A stretch of 39,057 bases of DNA. Source: a virus. Lineage: Duplodnaviria; Caudoviricetes. The notes under the pieces were generated by a model. The model was not told the origin of the DNA and did no database searches. It saw only the letters and a program-made list of their open reading frames with translations. Within the stretch, counting starts at the first letter, position 1. Each line of letters begins with the position of its first letter. Where the stretch lies: the IMG/VR virus record IMGVR_UViG_3300010361_000007, positions 1 through 39,057 of that record; one strand, given 5' to 3'. Shown here piece after piece: positions 16,374-24,201 of the stretch. The translations under genes and the position numbers were made by a program.

Positions 16374-16937
16374 TCACGAGGCCACCGGACGCAAGGGTTG
16401 ACGGCTCAAAGTGGCGCGCACTTCGTCTGGCAAATTTTCTAAATTTTTGTCGTCGTCGGTCGGTCTCGCGCGCGCGGATAGCCCGGGAGATAGACCGACA
16501 GACGACGACGTAGTTAACTCTCGTACTCCGGGACCGGGTGTAGCTTTTTGCTTGAGCATCTGCTGGCCGTTTGCTAGAGCAGATGCTGTAGCATCCGCTG
16601 TAGCATCTGGGCTAGCACGTGCTAGAGCTTTTGCTAGACCACCTGCTCGCCCGGCTTCGCGTTTCGCGCGCATGTAATCGTCGATCCGGGCGCGCGAGCG
16701 GTTGTACTGGAGGTAGTCATGCAGGTAGTAGCCGCCAGGGCAGCGTTCCCACATACCCGACCGTTCGAGCTCGCTCACGGCTTGTCGAAACCGCGCCGGC
16801 CACGCGTCCTGAGCAATGAACCCGTCCGAGCGCGCGGCGTCACAGTAACTGATCGACCAGGCATGCAGGGCCATACCTTTATCGCTCAGGCGGAGGACTT
16901 TCGGATTGTTGTGCCAACCTGTATCAAGTCGCGCCAT
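16374..16937 (-). CDS. Phage replication initiator (replisome organiser-like)
   Basis: MARLDTGWHNNPK...SDGFI...GMWE...GYYLHDYLQYN...AGRAGG pattern; internal DNA repeats; AAAGGA SD. Confidence 0.75.
   Translation of the reverse strand: MARLDTGWHNNPKVLRLSDKGMALHAWSISYCDAARSDGFIAQDAWPARFRQAVSELERSGMWERCPGGYYLHDYLQYNRSRARIDDYMRAKREAGRAGGLAKALARASPDATADATASALANGQQMLKQKATPGPGVRELTTSSSVGLSPGLSARARPTDDDKNLENLPDEVRATLSRQPLRPVAS
16545..16640. repeat. Iteron-like repeats, putative replication origin inside the initiator gene
   Basis: TGCTAGA x3 (16572, 16620, 16632) and GCTGTAGCATC x2 (16585, 16597). Confidence 0.6.
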
Positions 16938-17136
16938 TGTCCTTTCGTTTCTTCTGCGGAGCAGATACGAGCGACAGTTGCCGCGGCAGCATCCACTGCT
17001 CGTACGTCTGCGGACTGATGTCCTCCATATCCGTAATGCAGTGGACGGCGGGCCCCAACATGATCCAATCCCAAGCCGCTTGCCGTGCCTCTCGATCCAC
17101 ATCAGTTTCGAGTTCAACCAGTAACCGTCCGCTCAC
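16924..17136 (-). CDS. Hypothetical protein (70 aa)
   Basis: GTG start coupled to the RecT-like stop. Confidence 0.55.
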   Translation of the reverse strand: MSGRLLVELETDVDREARQAAWDWIMLGPAVHCITDMEDISPQTYEQWMLPRQLSLVSAPQKKRKDNGAT

Positions 17137-17837
17137 TAGCTGATCAAACCCTCCTCTCGACGTTGTCGGTCAATTTCTTGCAGGTCCATCTCGCGCTGGC
17201 GTGCGGCCGATTGGGCCTTGTCGACGATCGGCTGCGCCTGATTGGGCGCCGGCTCTTCGTCTGGGTCAGAGAAAATCTCGTCGTAGCGCTGAGCTAACCG
17301 CGCCTGCTCCTTCGGGTCGACGTCCTGCTCGAGGTCGTCATCGTCGAGATAGGCCGACTGCCCGAATGCGAGCCGTGAGGTGCGCGCGATCGCACGCTTC
17401 TCGGCCATCTCCTGCGGGTTGGTGCCCAGTGGTGAGTTCTTCTGCCGCTCGAGCGCCGAGACTTTGCCGCGCGAGGTGATGTCGCCCCACGACTTTGTGC
17501 TGATGGTACATTCGACTACCAGATCATCCGGCCGATAGTCCCAGGCAGCTTTCTCGTCCTTGGTGAGTGGGCGCGTGCGAAAGCCGCGGTACTCCGGGTG
17601 GCGCTTGGCGAGCTCGATGCGTCCGTCGATCGTGGTGAACGGGCGGTCACGATAGAGCGTGATATGGATCAGCGGGTCCAGTCGGTAGCGCTGGCATAAC
17701 TGATAGATCACGTTGAGCTGGTCGCGTGTGGCGTGCTCGAGCCCATAGCCGGCACCCTTGGCCGTCTCTAATCGTGTGCGGATCTGCTTGTCGGTGAGCG
17801 CCGGTACGGCCAGCGCGGTGCCATTCGAGTGTTCCAC
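17136..17837 (-). CDS. RecT/Bet-like single-strand annealing protein
   Basis: CQRYRLDP...TTIDGRIELAKRHPEYRG...PQEMAEKRAIAR..RLAF; acidic tail; GGAGG SD before GTG 17837. Confidence 0.85.
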   Translation of the reverse strand: MEHSNGTALAVPALTDKQIRTRLETAKGAGYGLEHATRDQLNVIYQLCQRYRLDPLIHITLYRDRPFTTIDGRIELAKRHPEYRGFRTRPLTKDEKAAWDYRPDDLVVECTISTKSWGDITSRGKVSALERQKNSPLGTNPQEMAEKRAIARTSRLAFGQSAYLDDDDLEQDVDPKEQARLAQRYDEIFSDPDEEPAPNQAQPIVDKAQSAARQREMDLQEIDRQRREEGLIS

Positions 17838-18346
17838 TAACAACCTCCAACCGTCCATTGACTACGTCGTCCGAGCGCCAGGTCGTGCGCCGCCACCGCG
17901 CGCGCCTGGACCGGATTCCAGAGCGACCATTCAGGATGCCCCAGTTCTGCGGCGCCGCGCGCGAAGGTGGACGGCATATATTGCAGCACTCCACCGGCAC
18001 CGGAGCCGCGCGCGTTGCTGACGTTGGCACCACCGGATTCCTTCGATTCGATGCACGCCACGCGTGCCGACACCGCCGGTGGGGCGGGGGAGACCATCAC
18101 CACCGGCGGCCTGGCTGTCTGCTCGGGGGCATGTTCGAGCAGACCTTCGCTGCGTAAGTAGACGTACGGGTCGACGTGCACCGAGTTGACCGCGCCCTGG
18201 AGTTGGATGGGGTCCACGCCGGCGTCCGTCGCGGCGTGCTTGACCTGCTCCGATGCCTCGGGATCAGCGGCGTGGCAGCCGAGCGCCGCTGCGCCGACGA
18301 CGCCCACCACCAGGCCGAACACCGCGCCCACGATAAAGCGGCTCAT
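17837..18346 (-). CDS. Secreted Rpf/SLT-like lytic transglycosylase
   Basis: N-terminal hydrophobic signal; CIESKESGG.N...GAGGVLQYMPSTF...QW...C catalytic pattern. Confidence 0.75.
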   Translation of the reverse strand: MSRFIVGAVFGLVVGVVGAAALGCHAADPEASEQVKHAATDAGVDPIQLQGAVNSVHVDPYVYLRSEGLLEHAPEQTARPPVVMVSPAPPAVSARVACIESKESGGANVSNARGSGAGGVLQYMPSTFARGAAELGHPEWSLWNPVQARAVAAHDLALGRRSQWTVGGC

Positions 18347-18972
18347 AGGTGCTTCCAACGACGGCGAATATTGATATCGCTGATCGTGCAACGGGCAACG
18401 CCGTATTCCTCGGCGAGCGCGGCTTGCACGCTCCCTGCCGCAAGTGATCGCCGGATTTCCAAGACATCCTCTGTCGTGAGCTTGTGCCGTCCGTGTCCCT
18501 CGCCTCTGACTTTTTCGCTGACGAGGCGATATTTCCCTAATCGATGCTCCTCGCCCGCATGACATGCCCGACACAGTGCTACGCATACGTCGATCTCGCG
18601 CTGGATCGCTTCGGGTGAATACCCCTCTTTCGTGAGATTCGCGATTCTGAAGCCTTCCCGGCCTTCCGCATGCGAGGGGTTGTGCCACTCGATTGGTGTC
18701 TGACCACACCAGGCGCAGACCGTCTGAGCGCGAAGTTGCTCAACAAATTCTCGTGCTCTGTGACGGGCGTTTAGATGATTACGCTTCCGCTTCGCCGCGA
18801 GTTTCCTCAAGTCATAGCCAGTGCCATAGATGCTCCGCGTCGACGCGGGCCTCACTTCAGCAGCGTGGCAGTCACACAGGCACGGGCCTGCGTATCGAGT
18901 CCCTCCCCGACAGTCCCCATGATGATCGCGGCGACAACGTCTAGACCTAGCCACCCTGGCTCCGCGTGGCAA
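18343..18972 (-). CDS. HNH endonuclease with C-terminal HTH (start uncertain)
   Basis: CAWCG..IEWH...EIDVCVALCRACH; GEGHGRHKLT...LAEEYGVARCTISDI homing-endonuclease-type HTH. Confidence 0.75.
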   Translation of the reverse strand: MPRGARVARSRRCRRDHHGDCRGGTRYAGPCLCDCHAAEVRPASTRSIYGTGYDLRKLAAKRKRNHLNARHRAREFVEQLRAQTVCAWCGQTPIEWHNPSHAEGREGFRIANLTKEGYSPEAIQREIDVCVALCRACHAGEEHRLGKYRLVSEKVRGEGHGRHKLTTEDVLEIRRSLAAGSVQAALAEEYGVARCTISDINIRRRWKHL

Positions 18973-19036
18973 GAATCACCACCAGCAGCACCAGCGCCGC
19001 AAACAACAGAAAGATGTGTATCTGATCATCACTCAT
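18947..19036 (-). CDS. Small membrane peptide (29 aa)
   Basis: MSDDQIHIFLLFAALVLLVVILATRSQGG with GGAGG upstream. Confidence 0.4.
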   Translation of the reverse strand: MSDDQIHIFLLFAALVLLVVILATRSQGG

Positions 19037-19045
19037 CCTCCGCGC

Positions 19046-19327
19046 TCACAGTGGCAGGTCCTCCGGGTCGGCGGGCTCGGGCCCAGCCTCGGGCAACTCC
19101 GACGGCGTCACGGCATCCCTGACGCGCCACGCCGGCGATTTTCTCAACTCGTCATGCACCAGGCGGCGCGCCTCGACGAGCAGTGCCGCCGCGTTCTTCA
19201 AGGTGTCCTCGACATCGTCGATGCCGGAGTCCCATTCCAGCGACACCTCCGCCGCTTCAGTCCCATAATTGCCATCCGATACTTGTTTCCTGAAGGTCAC
19301 GCGCGCACGCGACTCGAGTTCATTCAT
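19046..19327 (-). CDS. Hypothetical protein (93 aa)
   Basis: MNELESRARVTFRKQVSDGNYGTEAAEV; GAGG SD. Confidence 0.7.
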   Translation of the reverse strand: MNELESRARVTFRKQVSDGNYGTEAAEVSLEWDSGIDDVEDTLKNAAALLVEARRLVHDELRKSPAWRVRDAVTPSELPEAGPEPADPEDLPL

Positions 19328-19511
19328 CGGCTTTGCCTCGCAAGCAGTCGTGCATGCGCCGCGGGTAGAGCTCGTCATGCAGGTCGCAGAAGAACGCGCG
19401 ACAGAGGGGGCACCAGGTCGCGACGGGCCGCTGGCACGCCCACTGCTGGCAGCGATCGGGCACATCGTCCCACTTCTGCCACACGTCGGTGATCTGATCG
19501 GTGAGGCTCAC
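19320..19511 (-). CDS. Small Zn-finger protein (B-box-like)
   Basis: C..WAC...WCPLC...FCDLH...HDC; GGAG SD, GTGA overlap. Confidence 0.65.
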   Translation of the reverse strand: MSLTDQITDVWQKWDDVPDRCQQWACQRPVATWCPLCRAFFCDLHDELYPRRMHDCLRGKADE

Positions 19512-19921
19512 AGTGGTCTCCGCGCCAAGATGCGTTCGATCTCCAACCAGTTTCGGGGGCGGAACACATAGAACTCGACCCCAGGACAGCGCAGCAGCTC
19601 GTGCATCCACAATCGCTGCGCAAACGGCAGCTCTTTCGGCGCGCCGTCGGTCTTGCACTCGGCAAAAATCACCCGCGGCGCGCGCACTAGCACCAGGTCC
19701 GGGAAGCCGGGCGCCGACTTGCGCGAGTCGAACGTGTGGTACCTGAGCGACCAGCCCATGAGCCGCGCGAACTCAAGCACACGGTGGAGAAAACTTTCTT
19801 CGGACTCCGGCGGCAGCATCCGGTACGCCTGCGGTTTTCTCCAGGCAGGCCGGCGCGCGCGCTCGAGCACCGCTAGTCGCGTAACCACCTGAACCACCGC
19901 GCGCACGCCGCGCCGAGACAC
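19508..19921 (-). CDS. VRR-NUC (PD-(D/E)xK) nuclease / Holliday junction resolvase-like; start uncertain
   Basis: SEESF...YHTFDSRKSAPGFPDLVL...FAECKT...Q..W...L motif. Confidence 0.85.
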   Translation of the reverse strand: MSRRGVRAVVQVVTRLAVLERARRPAWRKPQAYRMLPPESEESFLHRVLEFARLMGWSLRYHTFDSRKSAPGFPDLVLVRAPRVIFAECKTDGAPKELPFAQRLWMHELLRCPGVEFYVFRPRNWLEIERILARRPL

Positions 19922-19968
19922 AGGCTAGCCATGAACCAGCCGACGACGAGCCACACGTACCACTCCAT
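19873..19968 (-). CDS. Small membrane peptide (31 aa)
   Basis: MEWYVWLVVGWFMASLCLGAACARWFRWLRD; TGATG-coupled. Confidence 0.45.
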   Translation of the reverse strand: MEWYVWLVVGWFMASLCLGAACARWFRWLRD

Positions 19969-20279
19969 CAGAACGGCAACTGTTCCAATTCATCGACTGG
20001 TTGTCTCGCCCAGTACGTAGAACCCTGCTCGGCCTCGCGCTCGACGTCGGCCGAGCGGTACAGGTCGGCGAGTTCCTCGAGCCGCTGGACGATCTGCGCC
20101 AGGCTCAGGCCCAGGTCGGTGTTGCGTTTGATGGCGTCCCACGAGCCGGCCTGCCAGGCGTCCACCCACAGGCGCGAGAGCACGTCGGGCGCGACGTCGG
20201 TGAGCATGGCCGCCTCGCTGGGGTGGCGATTGAGCCACACGAAGTAGCTCTTGCGCTGGGCGTCCGCAGTCGTCGTCAC
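19968..20279 (-). CDS. Hypothetical protein (103 aa)
   Basis: GAGG SD, GTGA overlap; similar to 24201-24479. Confidence 0.7.
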   Translation of the reverse strand: MTTTADAQRKSYFVWLNRHPSEAAMLTDVAPDVLSRLWVDAWQAGSWDAIKRNTDLGLSLAQIVQRLEELADLYRSADVEREAEQGSTYWARQPVDELEQLPF

Positions 20280-20446
20280 GCGACCTCGGCCACCGGTGCG
20301 GTTCGCGAGGCGAGGAGCTTCGCGTACTCCTCGCGGACTTTCAGCAGGAGGTAATAGCGTCCCTGCTCACGGAATGAGCGCGAGTCATGGAGCGCGAGTT
20401 CGCGAAGTCGGTCCTCGTCCTCCTGATCGAGATTGGCGAGGTACAT
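20276..20446 (-). CDS. Small Arc/ribbon-helix-helix-like regulator (56 aa)
   Basis: MYLANLDQEDEDRLRELALHDSRSFREQGRYYL; translated by hand; GTGA-coupled to the next gene. Confidence 0.55.
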   Translation of the reverse strand: MYLANLDQEDEDRLRELALHDSRSFREQGRYYLLLKVREEYAKLLASRTAPVAEVA

Positions 20447-20503
20447 GCCCTATAGCGTGCATCCCCGTCAAGGGCTCTGACACGACATCAGACCGCGTAT
20501 AAG

Positions 20504-21004
20504 CTAAGTGCCCGATTTCTGCTCGCGAGGCGACCTGTAGACCCGCGGTTCATCGGGGTTCCACGTCGAGGGCGGCCAGTCCATGGCCTGCACCCCGTAC
20601 CCCTTCATCGCCCGCGAAATGGTCTCTGCCGTGTCGGGTCCGAGCATGGCCAGGTTGCCCCTGGTCACACGTTGCTCTGGTAGCAGCAGACCCTGGAGAC
20701 GCTGCAAATCGAGCACGAACCCGCGCCAGGTGTGCCATTTCGTATTGGCCGGTAGCCGATGGCGCACGTTTTTACGCGCCTGCTTGCGGGTCGCCTTGGC
20801 CTGCTCGCGTTGCAATTTCAAGCGCTGGGCTTCGACCTGAAGTTTGGCGTACTCGACGAGTTTGTCGAGCTCAGGCAGCATGGGTTGCTGACCATCCTCA
20901 CGCATGCCGGCACGCCCCGGCACGACAACATGCGACACATTGCTTATGTGCCCGATTGCCGGCAGTCTCACCACGCGCCATGCCCGAACATCCCCCATGA
21001 GCAA
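20504..21004 (-). CDS. SOS-box-preceded hypothetical protein (candidate antirepressor/activator); start uncertain
   Basis: ORF directly downstream of TATACT and a LexA-type box; basic coiled-coil then a possible HTH-like end. Confidence 0.6.
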   Translation of the reverse strand: MLMGDVRAWRVVRLPAIGHISNVSHVVVPGRAGMREDGQQPMLPELDKLVEYAKLQVEAQRLKLQREQAKATRKQARKNVRHRLPANTKWHTWRGFVLDLQRLQGLLLPEQRVTRGNLAMLGPDTAETISRAMKGYGVQAMDWPPSTWNPDEPRVYRSPREQKSGT

Positions 21005-21009
21005 GCTAG

Positions 21010-21029
21010 AGTATAGAACAGAAGTTCTA
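21010..21029 (-). promoter_or_regulatory. LexA (SOS) box overlapping a -10 element
   Basis: Inverted repeat TAGAAC-AGAA-GTTCTA (21014-21029) matches GAAC-N4-GTTC; TATACT on - strand at 21015-21010. Confidence 0.75.
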
Positions 21030-21202
21030 CGCTTTAGGGCTCGCGGTGTCCGGCGCTTCTCTCGTCGGGCCAGCGCAACTGCCCTTGTGCGCCAGACCGT
21101 TTAGCTTTTCTTTACCTGCCGATAACCTTAGCGCGTCCTGCGCGAGACGTAAACGGCACTACCGCGCGCAACACAAGGCGCTACCATCTCAGCACACGGG
21201 CA

Positions 21203-21448
21203 ATGCCAGCGCAAAGCAAGAGTGAGTCTGTTCATTCTGTGTCGCCTCAGCGACTACCTGAGGACGTGCGAGTGCCGCGCCTACGTGACGTCCGCCACCG
21301 CATGGCGCTGAGCCAGGAGGAGCTGGCCGACAAGTCTGGCGTAGCCCGCAGCACCATCATCAAGCTCGAGGCCGGCCGCGACGCCTGGCCGTCGACCGTC
21401 AGAAAGCTGGCCGCTGCGCTGGGCGTCAAGCCCGCCGACCTGCAATAA
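21203..21448 (+). CDS. XRE-family HTH regulator
   Basis: LRDVRHRMALSQEELADKSGVARSTIIKLEAG...TVRKLAAALGV; TACCAT -10-like at 21182. Confidence 0.9.
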   Translation: MPAQSKSESVHSVSPQRLPEDVRVPRLRDVRHRMALSQEELADKSGVARSTIIKLEAGRDAWPSTVRKLAAALGVKPADLQ

Positions 21449-21518
21449 ATTCGGCACATACGCTATACACCGTGTCGTGCCGTGTCACTGGGCAGCGTGA
21501 CGCCGCAGACTGGAGGGC

Positions 21519-21713
21519 GTGCCGCAGCCCGAGCCGAGACCAACGCCACGACGCCGCAAGCGACCCGACAGCTACAAACTCCGAGTCGAGAGCGTCACGT
21601 ATCAAGGTGACGATGCGGCCGCAGCGCGGGCCATTGAGGAGTTTCTACGCCTACGCCGGCTTGCTCAGCGAGCGGAACAACTCCAACCGGACGACCCCGG
21701 CACTGTCGCCTGA
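21519..21713 (+). CDS. Small basic protein, candidate recombination directionality factor
   Basis: GGAGG SD plus GTG; converges on and overlaps the recombinase 3' end; function inferred from context only. Confidence 0.5.
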   Translation: MPQPEPRPTPRRRKRPDSYKLRVESVTYQGDDAAAARAIEEFLRLRRLAQRAEQLQPDDPGTVA

Positions 21714-23414
21714 TTCGGTGCGCCAAAGGTGCTTGTAGTGCGATTGGCTGCTTTCGAGCGCCGAAGGCGAGCTGAACGCGAAGGCCATCCGCACCTCGCC
21801 ATCGGGTGACAGGTACATCTCCTGGAGCGTGCGCTGCACCATGGCTCGCAGGGCAACGCGATCATTGTCGGCACGCGCGCGGGCCCACTCGCCCTGGAGC
21901 TCCTGCAGAACTCTCACAGATTCGAGCAACCGGGTTTCGATGACCGTGCTGAGCGCGTCCTGGGCCTCGAGCAGCTCGAGGTCATGCCGCACCGCGGTAG
22001 CCTCGTCAGCGGCGGCCTGGGTCTCGTGCAGGTACTCCTCCTGCGTAATCTGCCCACGTCGCACCAGCGCGAGCAGCGACCCCTTGCCGCGCTCGTAATC
22101 GGCGAGCCGCTCCCGCAGGACCTTCACCCGTTGTTCCTGCTCCGCGCTCGTCCCGCGGCGCGAGCGCGCTTGCTCGCGCAGAATCTTCAGCGCCGCCTCG
22201 GGTTTGGCGACGTACTCGTCGATCGCTTCCAACACGAAGCCTTCCAGGGCCCAGCCGTCGTGGTTTCGACCAGCTGTGCAGGGATTCGTGCTGCGGCGCG
22301 CGCGCCCGGCTTTGGCTGACGAGCAGCGGTAGTACAGTCGCTCCTTCTTATCCCAACGGGGATGTGGCCCACGATAATTGCCGACCATGCGCCAACCGCA
22401 TTCGGTGCAGAAGATCTTGCCGGACAGTAGGTACACGTAGCCGTCGTTCTGGCCAGCATTGAACTTGCTGATTCGTCCCGACACGTAGGCGTTGGCCTGG
22501 TCCCAGATCTCGCGAGTGACCAGTGGCGGGACATCCTGGTGAAGCACGCTGCCTGAGTAGTTCAGTTGACGGTCGCCGTAGTACGTCGGGGAGTGGATGA
22601 CATCCTGAACGCGTCCTGCATTCCAAGACGACTTGACGGTTTCTCTCTCCATACCGTCGCGACGGATGAAGCGTTTCGTAGATGGGACCCCGTGGGCACG
22701 TAGCCAGACTGTCAGGCCGGCGGCGCTTTCGCCAACCGCGGCGCGTTCGAAGAGTTGGCGCACCATGTCCGACTCGGTGCAATCCAGTTCGGCGATCGGA
22801 CGCAGCGAAGGAACGAGGCGGTCATCGGCAATGTCATAGCCGATGGGCACCGGTCCATTGATGAACTTGCCATCGCGCGCGCTGCGATCACGCCCGAGCG
22901 TGAAGCGCTCGACGATCGTGGAACGTTCGAGTTCGGCAATGGAGCCGAGCAACTGGAACACGAACTGGCCGATGGGCGTCCGCGTGTCGAACGGCTCGGT
23001 GGCACTGAGAATCGCCACGTCGTATTGCTGGAACTCCTCGTGGATATCCAAGAGCACGCCCAGACGACGACCGAGTCGGTCTAGGCGGTAAGAAATAACG
23101 ACGTCGACACCGCCGGCGCGGACCAGGTCGAGCAACCGCTTGCCATCGGGTCGATCCTCGAGTGACAACGCACCGCTATAGCCATCGTCGACGAATTGGC
23201 CGACGAACTGCATCGGCTCGAGTGAGTCGGGATCGAAATTGGCCTGATACTTCTTCCGCAGGAAGTCAATCTGATTATTCGCCGTCGCGCGCTCTGTCTG
23301 CTCTTCGCTCGACACTCGCACGTAGAACGCAACGCGAATCATGGCGCCGAGGGCGGCGATTTCTCGCGGGTTCGCGTGACGGCTGCGGGTCTTGGCGCGT
23401 GTTACGCTAGTCAT
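21651..23414 (-). CDS. Large serine recombinase (integrase)
   Basis: YVRVSS catalytic Ser, DDGYSG, RP, YRLDRLGR, recombinase domain, LLSGKIFCTECG...YYRC Zn ribbon, coiled coil; start 23414 or 23342. Confidence 0.95.
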   Translation of the reverse strand: MTSVTRAKTRSRHANPREIAALGAMIRVAFYVRVSSEEQTERATANNQIDFLRKKYQANFDPDSLEPMQFVGQFVDDGYSGALSLEDRPDGKRLLDLVRAGGVDVVISYRLDRLGRRLGVLLDIHEEFQQYDVAILSATEPFDTRTPIGQFVFQLLGSIAELERSTIVERFTLGRDRSARDGKFINGPVPIGYDIADDRLVPSLRPIAELDCTESDMVRQLFERAAVGESAAGLTVWLRAHGVPSTKRFIRRDGMERETVKSSWNAGRVQDVIHSPTYYGDRQLNYSGSVLHQDVPPLVTREIWDQANAYVSGRISKFNAGQNDGYVYLLSGKIFCTECGWRMVGNYRGPHPRWDKKERLYYRCSSAKAGRARRSTNPCTAGRNHDGWALEGFVLEAIDEYVAKPEAALKILREQARSRRGTSAEQEQRVKVLRERLADYERGKGSLLALVRRGQITQEEYLHETQAAADEATAVRHDLELLEAQDALSTVIETRLLESVRVLQELQGEWARARADNDRVALRAMVQRTLQEMYLSPDGEVRMAFAFSSPSALESSQSHYKHLWRTESGDSAGVVRLELFRSLSKPA

Positions 23415-23455
23415 TGCAGGTCGGTTCGTCCTTTCCAAAGTTCTCTGATCTGCCA

Positions 23456-23488
23456 GCCCCGCCCGCAGCCAACACCGCGGTGCGGGGC
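23456..23488 (-). promoter_or_regulatory. Hairpin in the integrase leader (attenuator/structured leader)
   Basis: GCCCCGC-A-CCGCGG-TGTTGG-CTGCGG-GCGGGGC between the repressor stop and GAAAGGA. Confidence 0.5.
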
Positions 23489-23492
23489 ACTT

Positions 23493-23711
23493 CTATGCAT
23501 CGGTGCCGATGGTAAGCCGCTGGGGCACCACGCCGAGCGCGCGCGCGACCTTTCGGATGGTCAAAGGCCTGGCGGGGCGGGAGTTCTGTTCGAGCTCAAC
23601 GAGCGTGTTGCGGCTGATGCCGGCGCGCTCGGCCAGCTCCTGCTGGGTAAGGGCGTGCTGCAAGCGCAGGACGCGTACGCGTAGCCCCATCGGGTCACTT
23701 GTGTCTCGCAT
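23493..23711 (-). CDS. XRE-family HTH regulator, probable immunity repressor
   Basis: LRLQHALTQQELAERAGISRNTLVELE...TIRKVARALGV; co-oriented upstream of the integrase; no S24 peptidase domain. Confidence 0.9.
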   Translation of the reverse strand: MRDTSDPMGLRVRVLRLQHALTQQELAERAGISRNTLVELEQNSRPARPLTIRKVARALGVVPQRLTIGTDA

Positions 23712-23717
23712 GCGAGC

Positions 23718-23754
23718 ATTCTATGTTGCGCGTACGTCGCGCGTCCAGTATACT
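23718..23754. promoter_or_regulatory. Overlapping divergent sigma70-type promoters with palindromic operator
   Basis: + strand TTGCGC-17-TATACT (23726-23754); - strand TGGACG-18-TAGAAT (23747-23718), 6 nt before ATG 23711; GCGCG-TACGT-CGCGC at 23728-23742. Confidence 0.7.
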
Positions 23755-23838
23755 AGCAGCGTGACCAACAAAGAGCGGGCCAGCAGCGCAACTACCGACC
23801 CGCTCGTGGTCAACACCTGGATTCGGCAGGTATCAACC

Positions 23839-24201
23839 GTGACCACGTTATCCGCTTTCCCCGCCACCGACCCGCGCGGCGCCAAGGCCGTCGCCATCGC
23901 CGCAGACGCTGGCCAGTGGGCCAAGGTCACCACCCGCGACGGCCGCAAGTTCTACGGCATCCGCTCAGCCGACGGCAGCCACTACTACCTCGTCAACCGC
24001 CACAGCTGCACCTGCCAGGGCTTCGCGTTCGCGAACGAATGCAAGCATCGGCTCGCGGTCGAACTGCACTGCGAGATGATCGCCGAGCAAACGAACGCCG
24101 CCAAGTACGACGACGTTTTCAAGCGCTTCGACTACGACGAGGACCGCGCGCTCACCCGCATCCTCGGCCGGCCACTGCCGAAGACCGAGCGGGAAGACTG
24201 A
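23839..24201 (+). CDS. SWIM Zn-finger protein
   Basis: YLVNRHSCTCQGF...CKHRLAV (CxC...CxH); first gene after the rightward promoter. Confidence 0.8.
   Translation: MTTLSAFPATDPRGAKAVAIAADAGQWAKVTTRDGRKFYGIRSADGSHYYLVNRHSCTCQGFAFANECKHRLAVELHCEMIAEQTNAAKYDDVFKRFDYDEDRALTRILGRPLPKTERED

Noticed and set aside
20449-20471. TTGACG...TATAGG promoter before the RHH-like gene
   Set aside because: The spacer is only 11 nt.
21030-21200. attP site
   Set aside because: Plausible non-coding location, but no convincing inverted repeat could be assigned by eye.
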